From Chrysomallon squamiferum (Eukaryota; Animalia; Mollusca), in contig CM022676.1 in the NCBI GenBank assembly GCA_012295275.1, positions 13,640,001 to 13,704,000 on the forward strand: a stretch of 64,000 nt of DNA. Direction: 5' to 3'. The notes under the pieces were generated by a model that saw only the letters and a list, made by a program, of their open reading frames with translations, was not told where the DNA came from and did no database searches. Both the position numbers and the translations under genes were made by a program. Of this stretch, positions 1-12,100 are shown piece by piece; positions within the stretch are counted from its first letter, which is position 1; every line of letters begins with the position of its first letter.

Positions 1-1277
1 TTGGCCAACTTTATGACAACACCTTCCTGTAAGAGATGAGCAAAACTCCATGAGGGCAGTTTCAGGACTGGGTGCACCCATAGCGAATACATGCAAATTC
101 CACTGAATGGTTTCACCACAACAAAGTACTTCATAGAGTGACTTGCCAAAGGAATCTGGTAGAATAAATGTGTAAGGTCAATTATATTTATGTACTTTGA
201 CAATTCATGGCATTGAAAAAGTGCTTGAACATCTGGCACAAATGAAGGTTAAGGTTACATCTGTGAAAGATGTGACTAGCCAAAATTCTCCATTAGTTTT
301 CTAAACTAGGAATGATAGGTTAAGCTATTCCATGGTGATATCTTTCATCAGAAGACTCCTAATTCTTCTAATTCATCAAATTTGTTCTGAGGATTGACTA
401 CCTTGTCATGGGAATACCAAGAGATGTGGCCTTATGTTGAGGAGGTTGTACGGGGCTCTTGTTCACAACTGCCTGAACATACATTGATACGGCCACATAA
501 TGGTGTTAGGAAGTGGATAACTGTCTAAGTGTTGTTCTATGACAAGATCATCATCACCAGTAGATATGGCCTGTTGGAGCTCCACTTCGATGTATGCACC
601 TGGCCAGATAGTAGATAATATTTTTGGAGCATATAACACATTGGTACAACAAGCTGTGTGATGAGTATTAGTACTGTATGACCCATAGAGGTAAGTACTT
701 TTTTTTCCAAAGATAATTTCAGTTTAGGATGATTAGATGGTCACATCATTTTGTTGTCAGCATAAAGTCCATCAAACAGGAATTTGTCATGGACAGCAGA
801 ACCAGGTTTCATCTACAACTTTTCTACAGATTTCTGGTTTAATGGAGGACATAATTCTTGATAATAATTCAGTGTGATGATGTTGTGATAATGTTGTTGG
901 TAAATCATTCTGAAATAATCAGAAAAACAAAGTTTTCCACTGAAGGAGATATCTCTTTGACCTCTTCAATCACTGATCCATGGTGGGTAGTGATACAGAT
1001 GTGATGTAGAAGATTGTTTTCCATGAAGGCAGACAGATGTTGGCTTTCTGTGAGGAGACTAAAAGCCATAATGAAGCTATATGACTTGCCGAATGCTGAC
1101 ACTTGGCCCAACGTAACTTCTATAATGGTAACCTTTTGCAAAGCATCATCTGTGATTTTGATATGTTTTAGGCATGCTTTTTATTGTTGCCATAACAACT
1201 ACCTCAATGCTATTTGCTGGGCTAGTCCTTTACAATTTGTGTGTACTCTAATACGAAGTATGAGTCAATCTTGGTGA
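1..1277 (-). mobile_element. Degenerate LTR retrotransposon (Gypsy-like) pol fragment with reverse transcriptase N-terminal region
   Basis: Reverse strand gives broken-frame RT motifs: LQNKFDELEELGVF, KxNGEFWLVTSFTDV, KYxxxDLTHLFYQIPLA..SMKY, AMGAP..ETAL, LQEGVVIKLA running off the window start. Many stops and frameshifts. Confidence 0.7.
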
Positions 1278-1581
1278 CATCACAACAATAGTAATAGAAT
1301 GTTAATGGCACATAATCTAATCATTATAGGTGACAGTAAAATATCAACTTCATTTGCTATTTTATTAGCCTTAACATGAACTAACAGAAGGTGAACTCCA
1401 AACAAAAGGAAAATAGAAATGTAAACCAATATACTTAAGACTTCATTGCTTTCCTAACAATGAAACAGGTTTTGAAATTCTGAAGTTTGACAATGTTAAT
1501 GCTTATTTTTTGTCACTTGACCAATAAATAAAGGAAACGAAAATGTATGACTGAAATAAGGCCAAATAATTCACATTAAAA

Positions 1582-1612
<31 letters not shown>

Positions 1613-3289
1613 GAAAAGTGTTAGCCATTGATTTCACAGACAACTAGGGGGAACACAGGTCTGGAAAATGCAAAAGTCTGGCAAATTTTACTAAAACATT
1701 AAACTGTAGTGCACATAACAGCTTTATTATACTGTAATATAATAATGTAAGACCAAATTTGTTAGAATGGCTATGAGTGCAGATGTAAAATTTACTCTTA
1801 CCGTGAAGGAGAGTGGGTTAAGAGAGGGTTGCTTTGATTCTATAGTGGCACCAAGAATAATGTAATAGCACCTAAATATTCAGATTTTTCTCAAAAGTTT
1901 AGAAAATCAAGGTTTATGAACCTGAGGGTCAACAGTATATAAAACTATTGACTTTAACTCTGCAAACAAGAGGTAAAGTGAATCTGCAAATTTTCTAAAA
2001 TTGTCAAATCAACCAGTTTTATTTTTCCTTAAGTAAGTGAACATGGACATAATCAGCCTTGCTGATGTGATATCCATTGTTAATGCCAAATAATTCTTTG
2101 AAAATGAACCAAGACTAGTTCTGTTTTTGCAAAATAATACAGCTTCTTGCTTTCATTAAATTTTTTTTTTGTAAAATAAAATCTGTAATCTTCAAGATGC
2201 TGTTCTAAAATTCAAATATGAAGACTATCTTGAAACTTTTGTCCAGTTTTTTCTTTAGATATTAGAAGAAATATAAAAATGGTCATATAAAATATAACAG
2301 TTTTGTCTTGTCAAATTTGGTTCTTTGTTTTATTGCACTAATAGCTAGCACAAATTTGTTTATTTTTTAACACGTTTTTATTTTTAGATATTTATAATCA
2401 GAGTTTGTTGTTAAATTTTGTGAGTCTTTTATAACTAAATTTAATTTAAACAAATTAATGTTGGCCACTATTTTATTTATTAAAAAGACAACTGTTTATC
2501 TGACAAGTCAGAAATAATTTTATGTTTTTATTTCTTCTAGCTACAAAAGAACTGTTATTTTGAAAATTACAAGAACATTTTTAATTTTGAATTTCTTTTG
2601 ATGATTATAATAAAATTAGATAAATTCTTACTAATTTTGGGCCATTGTTCAGTTTATTTATCATTTCAAGGGAAGCACTTTGAAATAAAACAAAATCTAG
2701 ATAGTTGTTGAGTTTTTCACCTTTGAAGACGTTGAGAAAACAGAAAAATAAATATTTTGACACACAGTGAGCTTTCTCTAATTGTTTTCAATAGAAGGGA
2801 CATAAACATAAATGATATATTTGATTTAACCAGTATTTACTTGGAAATCTATATAGAAATACTAAAATATAGTGTTAATAGTGCAAGTTTATAACTAAAA
2901 AACAAACCAAAAAACAAAAAACCACTAAAAGTTCACTATTAACATATCATTCAGGATGATCCAAATAAATCATAATGCAAAACTATTTTAAATAAATGCT
3001 TTCATACTGATTCAAACAACCTCAAAATGCTAAATATCCAATTTAAATTGACAAATTTGTTTAGTAAAAAGCAGTATAAAATACAAATTCTCTTTCCAGT
3101 TGTATGTGTGTGTGTGGTTATTAAGAGAATTACACTAGACAGATCATTATGTTTTACTTGATATTATTCCATATCAGTGAAACTGAGGTTAAACAAAACA
3201 GAAATGATTTAAAGTTCCCCGATATTGACTTCATCATCAACTTTATATTAGTTTTCAACACAAAATCTTGGTAAATGTTTCGAATACAA

Positions 3290-3862
3290 TGTGATGTCCA
3301 CTGACAGTTGAATTGAAGAAGGGCTCTTGCTTGGCTTTAGGATGACAGAATTGTTGCTTTGAGACTCGTATCAGACTCAGCATGGATGGTCAACTTTGGC
3401 AAAATAACCAAGCAATGAATCCTGTTCAAAATTGTCCACATTTAGGAAGACCATGAAGTAATAATAAAAAAGAGAGGACATCACTGCATCTCAGTTATGT
3501 GACAGTTTGCAGAACAGTGTAATAGGGACTGCAATGTCTGGTGAAATCATAAGCAATCTACTCTGCTGTTTCCATGTTGTTCATTCATATCATGTCACAG
3601 AAGGGCAAGACATGATTAGGACACTAGTTAAGTGTGATGGCAGCAAGTTCACTGTGGTCGAGTAGTGTTCATAGATGAATCCAGGTTCAGTTTGTTGATC
3701 AAAGATGGTCAGATTCACATCTACATCAGGAATGGCAAACTGACTACAAATATACTATGCAAGAGACTGGAGTCAGGGGACTCCTGCAGGACAACACTGT
3801 CAGAATTGATAACACCAGGTCATGATGAACTTTCTTTAGCAACAAGGTGTGGCCATATATAG
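3290..3862 (+). mobile_element. Degenerate Tc1/mariner transposase fragment
   Basis: ORF 3665-3862 begins VFIDESRFSL..DGQIHIY, matching the Tc1 first-catalytic-Asp motif (F-x-DES-R/K-F). The rest is decayed and the boundaries are approximate. Confidence 0.55.
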
Positions 3863-5783
3863 ATCTATTAAAGCAAAATTAATAAGATAATGGTATAAAC
3901 TGTATTTATGTTTTGAGTTTTTAAAATAATAATAACAAAATTAAAGAGAATTTTTTTTTTGCTGCACTGACAAAATAGATATACTTGTACCATTATATTA
4001 CATAAATATATAAATGTAATGCATTATATGAAAAAAAGAAGAAAAGTTTGATTATATCCAGTGAAAATGCATAGCAGTTTAGAAACCTTACCTGACAATT
4101 TTTAAAGATAGAAACTTAATTTCAGTTAAGTAAATTGAAAACACTTTTTAAAAATGGAATTAGCAGTTTTTAGATTAATAGTTTATGAAATGTCACAGTA
4201 AAAAGTTTGGATTTGGTTAAAAATGGCAGACGACCTATTTTTGGATCAAACTAAACAAACTGGATATCATTGGAAATGGAACTGGCCAAGTTTTCCAAAC
4301 AACTTTTTTACTTGTTTTTTTTTTTTTTTTTTTTTTTTTTTCATCACATTGTTCTTCCTTTTCAATGTATTGACATAATAAATTACATTTTCATAATCTT
4401 GACCTTGAAATAAAATTTATTTTATAATTGGCTATAATAATTATAATAAAAAATAAACAACAAAAAAATAAAAATAAAAATTCAGAGTTAAATTATTTAT
4501 GTTATCAATCCACTGAAGGCTATCAAAAATAAGTTATTAACAGTTCAGTCTTCATTAAAATCTGCACTGGGAACATTATTCTTCTTACAGTCATCACTGT
4601 GTATGCAAGTTCGTCCCAAATCTTGGGTTATCCTCTAGATGACTGGTGTAAGTGATAAAAACAGCAGTGAATACATATATGTCACAACTTACAAGTGCAA
4701 ATTCAGGTTCTTTTTCAAACCCAATACTCAGCCAAGCTGTGCAATATGAAACACTGGTAACTTGTTTGTGGTTTTCTCTGTATAAGGTTGCACACTGAAA
4801 TCTTGCAAAGGAAAGGTTCCTCTTCATACACCATATATCTCACACATTTATGCAATAATCCACTGTAGCAAATATTCATACATACTCATTGGCATCTAAA
4901 CCATTGTCATATGTCTTAGTTATTGTCCAATCATCACTTACAACCAATTCTTACAATGCTAACAGATATACTTAATCCTACAAGAAATAGTTCTAACAGA
5001 GACATACCCAAGTACGTTTTGGTTTATCTCAACCGAGTGACATACAAATTTATATTTCATGTAGGTTTACATATGTTATAAAGTTTAATCTCATTACATA
5101 TATAAAGTTTAATCTTTCATAACTCATGATATTACTGTTGAACATCATGCTGCTATGTATAAAATACATTCCTGAAAGGTGATTTAAACCCAGACAAACC
5201 TCATGAAGATAATTGTATCAATTATCCTGTTCTTACCAACAAATCTACTATCAATCAAAGTTGTATCATTGGTTGAGAAACATGTATTCATGCATTTGGG
5301 CAGCTTATATGAAAGGGAAATTCATTACTGTGGGCACAGACTTCAATTTCACCAATGTGGTTAAATTATTCGGAATTCATACTTTCAACAACTCTTAAAC
5401 TGTTATGTTTCGTGATTTTTGCATTCTCTTTTTTCTAGCAACTTTTGAAATCAGTCAAAATGACCATTATTAAAAATAAAGTTAAACAAAATAATAAATA
5501 ATAATAATAATAAAATGAATAATAATAATAATAAAGAAAAAATAAATAAATAAAAGGAAAACAATTTTTTTCAATAATATTTATGTTAATTTTCACATTT
5601 AAAAATGTCTTCAAACTTCCCCACAAAAAAAAAAGTCATCAGAATCACAGAAAAAAAAAAAATGTTATAATAATGTATTTTTTTGCAATACTTATCTATG
5701 ACAATTTACAAGAATGTTTTGGTGAAGATTACTATATACTCATACAGAAATATATAAAACAAAATCTATTTTTTCTTTTACAG

Positions 5784-6140
5784 CTGCATCACTGAAGATA
5801 TCTGGTTCTTTGTCTTATGCAGTGTTGAATGAGAAATTTACATTTACTTGTACTGTGTCACAGGCTGCTGGTCTTACTGACTCAGTAATATTTTATAAAA
5901 TACAACAAGGAAAAAAGAAAGAAATAGGTTCTCTCTATCAGACTGGTGATACATGTTCTTTATTCAATGATGCTCCTGGCTACACTCCAGTGTGTGGAGA
6001 AGGGACAGACGTTGGATCATCAAGTGTAAAGAACTACACACTGACCATAAACAGAACTTCAACTGATGATGAAACACTCTGGTGGTGTGAACTGTTTCCA
6101 GCTTTAAAGAGGAGCAACAATTTTACTTTACCTGTTTACT
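5784..6140 (+). CDS. Gene A exon: N-terminal V-like Ig domain (D1)
   Basis: cag acceptor at 5781-5783; FTFTC...YTLTINRTSTDDETLWWC; 357 nt, same length as the gene B counterpart. The donor reads ATAAGT instead of GTAAGT. Confidence 0.8.
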
Positions 6141-9100
6141 ATAAGTAATTATCATATTAACTAAACAATTAGTGGACTTTTACTCATTTTTAAAGTGCAG
6201 AGTTACACATTAAAATCAAATGACATAATTATATTAGTATATAATGTATGTATGTATGTAGGTACAACATCAAGTAAACTTACATCCCCAAAAGAACGAT
6301 GTTTTTTAAAGAATAATTTTATTTTATTATTTAGATGGTCCAGACTCTGTTACACTCAATTTAACATCACCTTTTGAAGTGGTAGAAGGACACAGTCTCA
6401 GTGTTGACTGTGTTGCTGTGTGTAAGCCAAGCTGTTCCTACTCGTGGAAGCTGGGAAATGATGAACTCACATCAAACTCTCAACTGAGACTGACAAACAT
6501 CAGCAGGAATGAAGCAGGAAATATTTACATGTGTACAGTGACAAACTCTGAAACAAAACAGTCTGAAAGTAACACTGTAACACTGACTGTCTTCTGTGAG
6601 TTATTCAGATATTTCAGATTATTTACATCAAATTAACTATTTCATTTTTTGCTCACTTTGAATTTGTAATAACTATATATAAAGTATACACATATTAAAT
6701 TAGGGTACAAATAAAACAGAACAATGTGAAAGTAACCACTTCACATTGACTATATATATACTTTATTTTCAAATACATTTTTTCTTTCTTACTTATTTTA
6801 ATGTAGTTATCAAATATTCAAACTATTCAGTGTGCTGCAAAATGTATAATGAAATCTCCACATGAAAATACACTTACTATTCTAACATTTCTATTTACCT
6901 TTTTATTAATATCATCATTTTTATTTTATTTAATTTTTAATTTTTGGTGAATAATAAAACAGAAAATAATTGATAGTGAATAATGAGAGATTTATATTGA
7001 TTTGTTTTTTATTTATTTATTTTTGAGAATAATAAAATAGGAAATAATTGTTAGTAAAAAAACACTGCTTCAGATTCAAATTAAAATATTTTCAGATCCT
7101 CCCAGTTCACCACCGGTTATTACAGGAGCAACATTTCCTGTGTTTGAGGGTGACACTGTCACACTGAGCTGTTCTACAACTGGTGGAAACCCAAAACCAA
7201 ATCTGAACTGGACATGTTATAATCCTGTACAATGCTATGACAGTGGAGAAACCAGAACATGTAGAATATCTTTCATTTCAGGACTCAGAATAACAAAGTG
7301 TGTGTTTGTATTCCCTCCTGGAAATATGATGGCTACACTGAAAACAAATCAACAAAGATTATTATTTACTGTGAGTTTTATCCTATCTCAATCTAAAATG
7401 ATATTAATATTCTACTTTTTAATGCAAATTCTCTTTATTTATTTATTTATTTATTTATTTTCTTATTTTTATTCAGTTTTCTCATTATTATTTATTGAGG
7501 TGTTCAAAATATTGATTCATCATACATGGAACACATCTTTCAAATTGGAAAACTATTTTTTGCTGGTTTCATTAAATTTTCTTTTGTGTTTAATTTGTAA
7601 AAATATATATGCATGTATGTGAACATGGATGTGTGCATACAGACATACATACACATATATATTTGTGTATGTATGTTTGTGTGTATACAAATGTGTCTAT
7701 GTATGTAAGTATGCATTTACTAAAAATATTGTTTATTTTCAATAATTAAAAATAATATATATCCAATTAGGAGTTATAATTGTGGATTTATTTGTGATCT
7801 GTTGGTTATAGTTAATGTTTATTCATCAGTTTAGTAATTAACAACTGATTTATTTTCAGATCCGCCAAGTCAGCCATCTTTGTCTTCAAACCCCACACAA
7901 CCCTGGCTTGAAGGAAAAGCAGGTTCACTGATTTGTTCTTTACCAGAAAGTGATCTTGGAAATCCACCAGCAACATTTCACTGGATTAAAAATGAACACA
8001 ACACAACATTTGTGGGATCCAACTTCTCATTCACACCAACAAAAGATGACAATGAAGACAAGTACAAGTGTACTGCTGAAAATCTGTTCACAGACAGACC
8101 AGATCAAACCAGACCTGAATCTAGTGTACTTCAACTCAATGTCTACTGTAAGTTATACTTCAATTTAACTATCTACTTCAACTCCTAATCTAGCTGTAAG
8201 TTATACTTCATTTTAACTATCTACTTCAACTTAATGTTTACTGTAAGATATCTTTCAAGTTAAATATGTACTTCAACTCAGTACTTTACTTTAACTATCT
8301 ACTTCAATTCAATGTCTACTGTAAGTATGCTGCAGAATGTGTAATGAAATCTGCACATCAAAATACATTTATTATTTTAACATTTCTATTTACCTTTTTA
8401 TTAATATCATTATTTTAATTTTTTCTTTACCTTCTTTTTTTTGAGAATAATAATAAAACAGGAAATAAGTGACAGTCGAAAATCAGAGATTTGTCTTAAC
8501 ACTGCTTCAGATTCAAATGAAAATATTTTCAGATCCTCCCAGTTCATCACCAGTTATTACAGGAACAACATTTCCTGTGTTTGAGGGTGACACTGTCACA
8601 CTGAACTGTTCTACAACTGGTTGAAACCCAAAACCAAATCTGAATTGGACATGTTATAATCCTGTACAATGCTATGACAGAGGAGAAACCAGAACATGTA
8701 CAATATATTTCATAGCTAACAGAACTCATAATAACAAAGTGTGCGTTTGTACTCCTTCCTGGAAATATGATGGCTACACTGAAAACAAATCTACAAAGAT
8801 CATTATTTACTGTGAGTTTTATCCTATCTCAATCTAAAATGATGTTATTATTCTACTTTTTTAATGCAAATTCTCTTTATTTTTTTTATTAGCTTTTTTC
8901 CTTCTTCTGTTTTGTGATTATTATTTATTTAGGTGTTCAAAATATTGATTCATCATACATGGAATACGTCTTTCAAATTGGAAAACTATATTTTGTTGGT
9001 TTCATTAGATTTTCTTTTGTGTTTAATTTGTAAAAATATATATGCATGTATGTGAACATGGATGTGTGCATAGAGACATACATACACATATATATTTGTG

Positions 9101-12100
9101 TATGTATGTTTGTGTGTATACAAATGTGTCTATGTATGTAAGTATGCATTTACTAAAAATATTGTTTATTTTCAATAATTAAAAATAATATATATCCAAT
9201 TAGGAGTTATAATTGTGGATTTATTTGTGATCTGTTGGTTATAGTTAATGTTTATTCATCAGTTTAGTAATTAACAACTGATTTATTTTCAGATCCGCCA
9301 AGTCAGCCATCTTTGTCTTCAAACCCCACACAACCCTGGCTTGAAGGAAAAGCAGGTTCACTGATTTGTTCTTTATCAGGAAGTGATCATGGAAATCCAC
9401 CAGCAACATTTCACTGGATTAAAAATGAACATAACATAACATTTGTGGGATCCAACTTCTCGTTCACACCAACAAAAGAAGACAATGAAGATAAGTACAA
9501 GTGTACTGCTGAGAATCTGTTCACAGACAGACCAGATCAAACCAGACCTGAATCTAGTGTACTTCAACTCGATGTCTACTGTAAGTTATACTTCAATTTA
9601 ACTATCTACTTCAACTCAATGTCTACTGTAAGTAATACTTCAGTTTAACTATCTACTTCAGCTCAGTGTTTAATATAAGTTATACTTCAGTTTAACTATC
9701 TACTTCACTCAGTGTCTACGGTGTTATACTTCAGTTTAAATATATATTTCAACTCAGTGTCTAGTGTGTTATACTTGAAGTCAAATGTCTGCTTCAACTC
9801 AATGTTTACTATAAGTTATAATTCAATTCAGTGTTCTCTGTAAATTATCTTTGTTTATTTGTCGTATTCAGTCCAACTAGAAACTTCTGCAGCTGTTTTT
9901 CAATGTGCCTGTAAAGTAACTGTTTCAGTAAAGAATTGTTTCAATAACGTATTGATAAAATGTCTTGTATACATTACATTGTTAATATTTTATAGATTAT
10001 CCTAGACTACAAATATATCTATCACATTCAAATCCTGTAAAGGAAGGTGATGATTTGACCTTGACCTGCACAGCAGACAGCAACCCCAGCTCTGTTGAAC
10101 TCAAGTGGAAATTTGATGGAAATATTCAAGTAAATAATGGAATACTGGATTTGAAAAACCTCAGTAGAGATAATTCTGGCAGTTACACATGCGAAGCAAC
10201 TGTAACAACCAGTAACCATGGAAATCTTGTGAACTCAACTGAAACTGAACTTGTTGTCAGTTGTAAGTACTAATAACATTGTCACTTTAATAGAATTACT
10301 CCAGTTATATAAATAACTGAGATATTGAGAAGTTTGTCATCAACAACATTGAAATGATTTTACATTATATAATCTTTATAACATGTCAGATTAAATAATT
10401 TACTAAAAATAAAACCTGTTTCTTTGACTTTTTTGTTTTTTCTTATTTCAGATGCTCCTGATGTCAGCTTCCCATCTGAGAATTTAACAGAAAACATGTT
10501 ACTAAAAATAAACTGTTCTGCTGATGGTCGTCCTGACAACATGAACTTCTCAGATTTCAAACACTACTGGAATGACGTGTTTGTTAGAAAAGTGACAGGC
10601 AGACATGTTGGACGTAACAAATACAGTTTGATGTTTGTTTCTGCTTCGTATCAGGACAGTGGAACGTATCAGTGTAGTGTGCACAACGGGATTCCTGGCA
10701 GAAGTGGAACTTTGGAACAGATTGGCTACAGTGTTGTTTATATTAAAGGTAAAAGAAAGGAATAACAAATATATTTCATGTAATTTTTAGAGATATTTAA
10801 AAACATAATTTCTAGATCTGCTGGTAGAATATAACTGAATAGTACTGAGCTGTATTCAAGATAGATTTTAAATTTTTTATTGACAGATTTTAGTATAATT
10901 TTCTTTTTCATTTATGTAAACACTCACCACAACTCATCTACAGTTTCTGTTCTCCATTATACACAATCAATTCGAATTGAAAATGTTTAAGTAAATGAAA
11001 AGAGAAATGCTTGACATAAATGTTGCAACAAGGATTTTTATGTATGTTTATAAGTCACTTGTATTTTGGTCTTTTTGTTGCAAGCAATCTTATTCTAAAC
11101 TTATTCTAAACATGTATGATATTTCTTCACGTAGTTATTCTGTAAACTGTATGGTGTTTGGGGTATTCTAGCATTTTGTCTGATCCTCTGAGATTCCTAT
11201 CAAATGATAAGCAATAAAATCTCAGAAAAGAACAATTTAGAAATATTAGTCAAGCAGTTTCTAAGATATAGATCATCAAAGTCATTTATAAACTTGGTGA
11301 CAACAATGAGTTGCTTATCATTTGATTTTTTCATAAACTCACAAAACTGGTATATTTCATGATTTCTAGCTTTATAGTGTATCTTAGATTAACATAATTA
11401 TTTGAAAATGATTTTTCATTTCTAAAATATTGATTCAAAAATAAAAATGTCTTTGTTGGTAGTCATATATAATAATATAAAAGTATCAGTGAAAAGCAGA
11501 TTTTACCATTTCAATATGTAGCATCTGTTACTTTTAATATGGATATATGTGTCAGTGGTTTAAAACATAATATATATATATTTTGTTTTCTTCATATTTC
11601 AGCAAAACCAAAGATCACTATGGAAACTAATCATGATATTGTGGGAGCTGAAATTGGAAAGCCAGTTTTATTAGTAAAAACTTTGTTTTGTAATCCCACT
11701 ATCAACAATTATACATGGATGAAATCTGACAGTGAAACAAGTTTTAATAATACGAATGTTGAGGAGACAAATGTCACACTGAAAATTCACGGCAAACTGA
11801 TTAAAGACTCAGGATACAGAATTTCACTGAAAATCACAAACTTCACACAAGATGACACTGGAACATACAAACTGTCTGTCTGTAATGAAGTTGGATGTTC
11901 TCAGTTTTCTGTGAACCTAACTGGAGCAGGTCCACCTCTTCCTCCTAAAGAGTTCCAACAAGAAAGAGAATCAACATCAGACACAGTGTTCTTGTCATGG
12001 CTACCTAACTACCCAGGTGGTAATTTCAAACAAAGATTTATACTGCAGTACAAACCACAAAGTGACTCTAACTGGATTACTTGGACAAGTAAATGGTTTG

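Larger units (their letters stand above)
6833..9680 (+). repeat. Tandem duplication (~1.43-1.5 kb unit) of the D3+D4 exon pair in gene A
   Basis: tgctgcaaaatgtataatgaaatc at 6833 recurs as tgctgcagaatgtgtaatgaaatc at 8328; exon offsets are 1437 and 1433 nt; the intron before D4 is near-identical. The right end is approximate. Confidence 0.9.

Noticed and set aside
4594-5398. ORFs 4594-4827 and 5213-5398 as a gene or transposase
   Set aside because: The sequence is less AT-skewed and may be a decayed TE, but I recognise no convincing motif.
8129-8326. Repeat arrays as CRISPR-like
   Set aside because: The context is a eukaryotic intron, and the units are contiguous and degenerate with no unique spacers or cas genes.
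8622-8624. In-frame TGA as selenocysteine or read-through
   Set aside because: It aligns to Gly (GGA) in both paralogous exons, not Cys, so a simple nonsense change is more likely.
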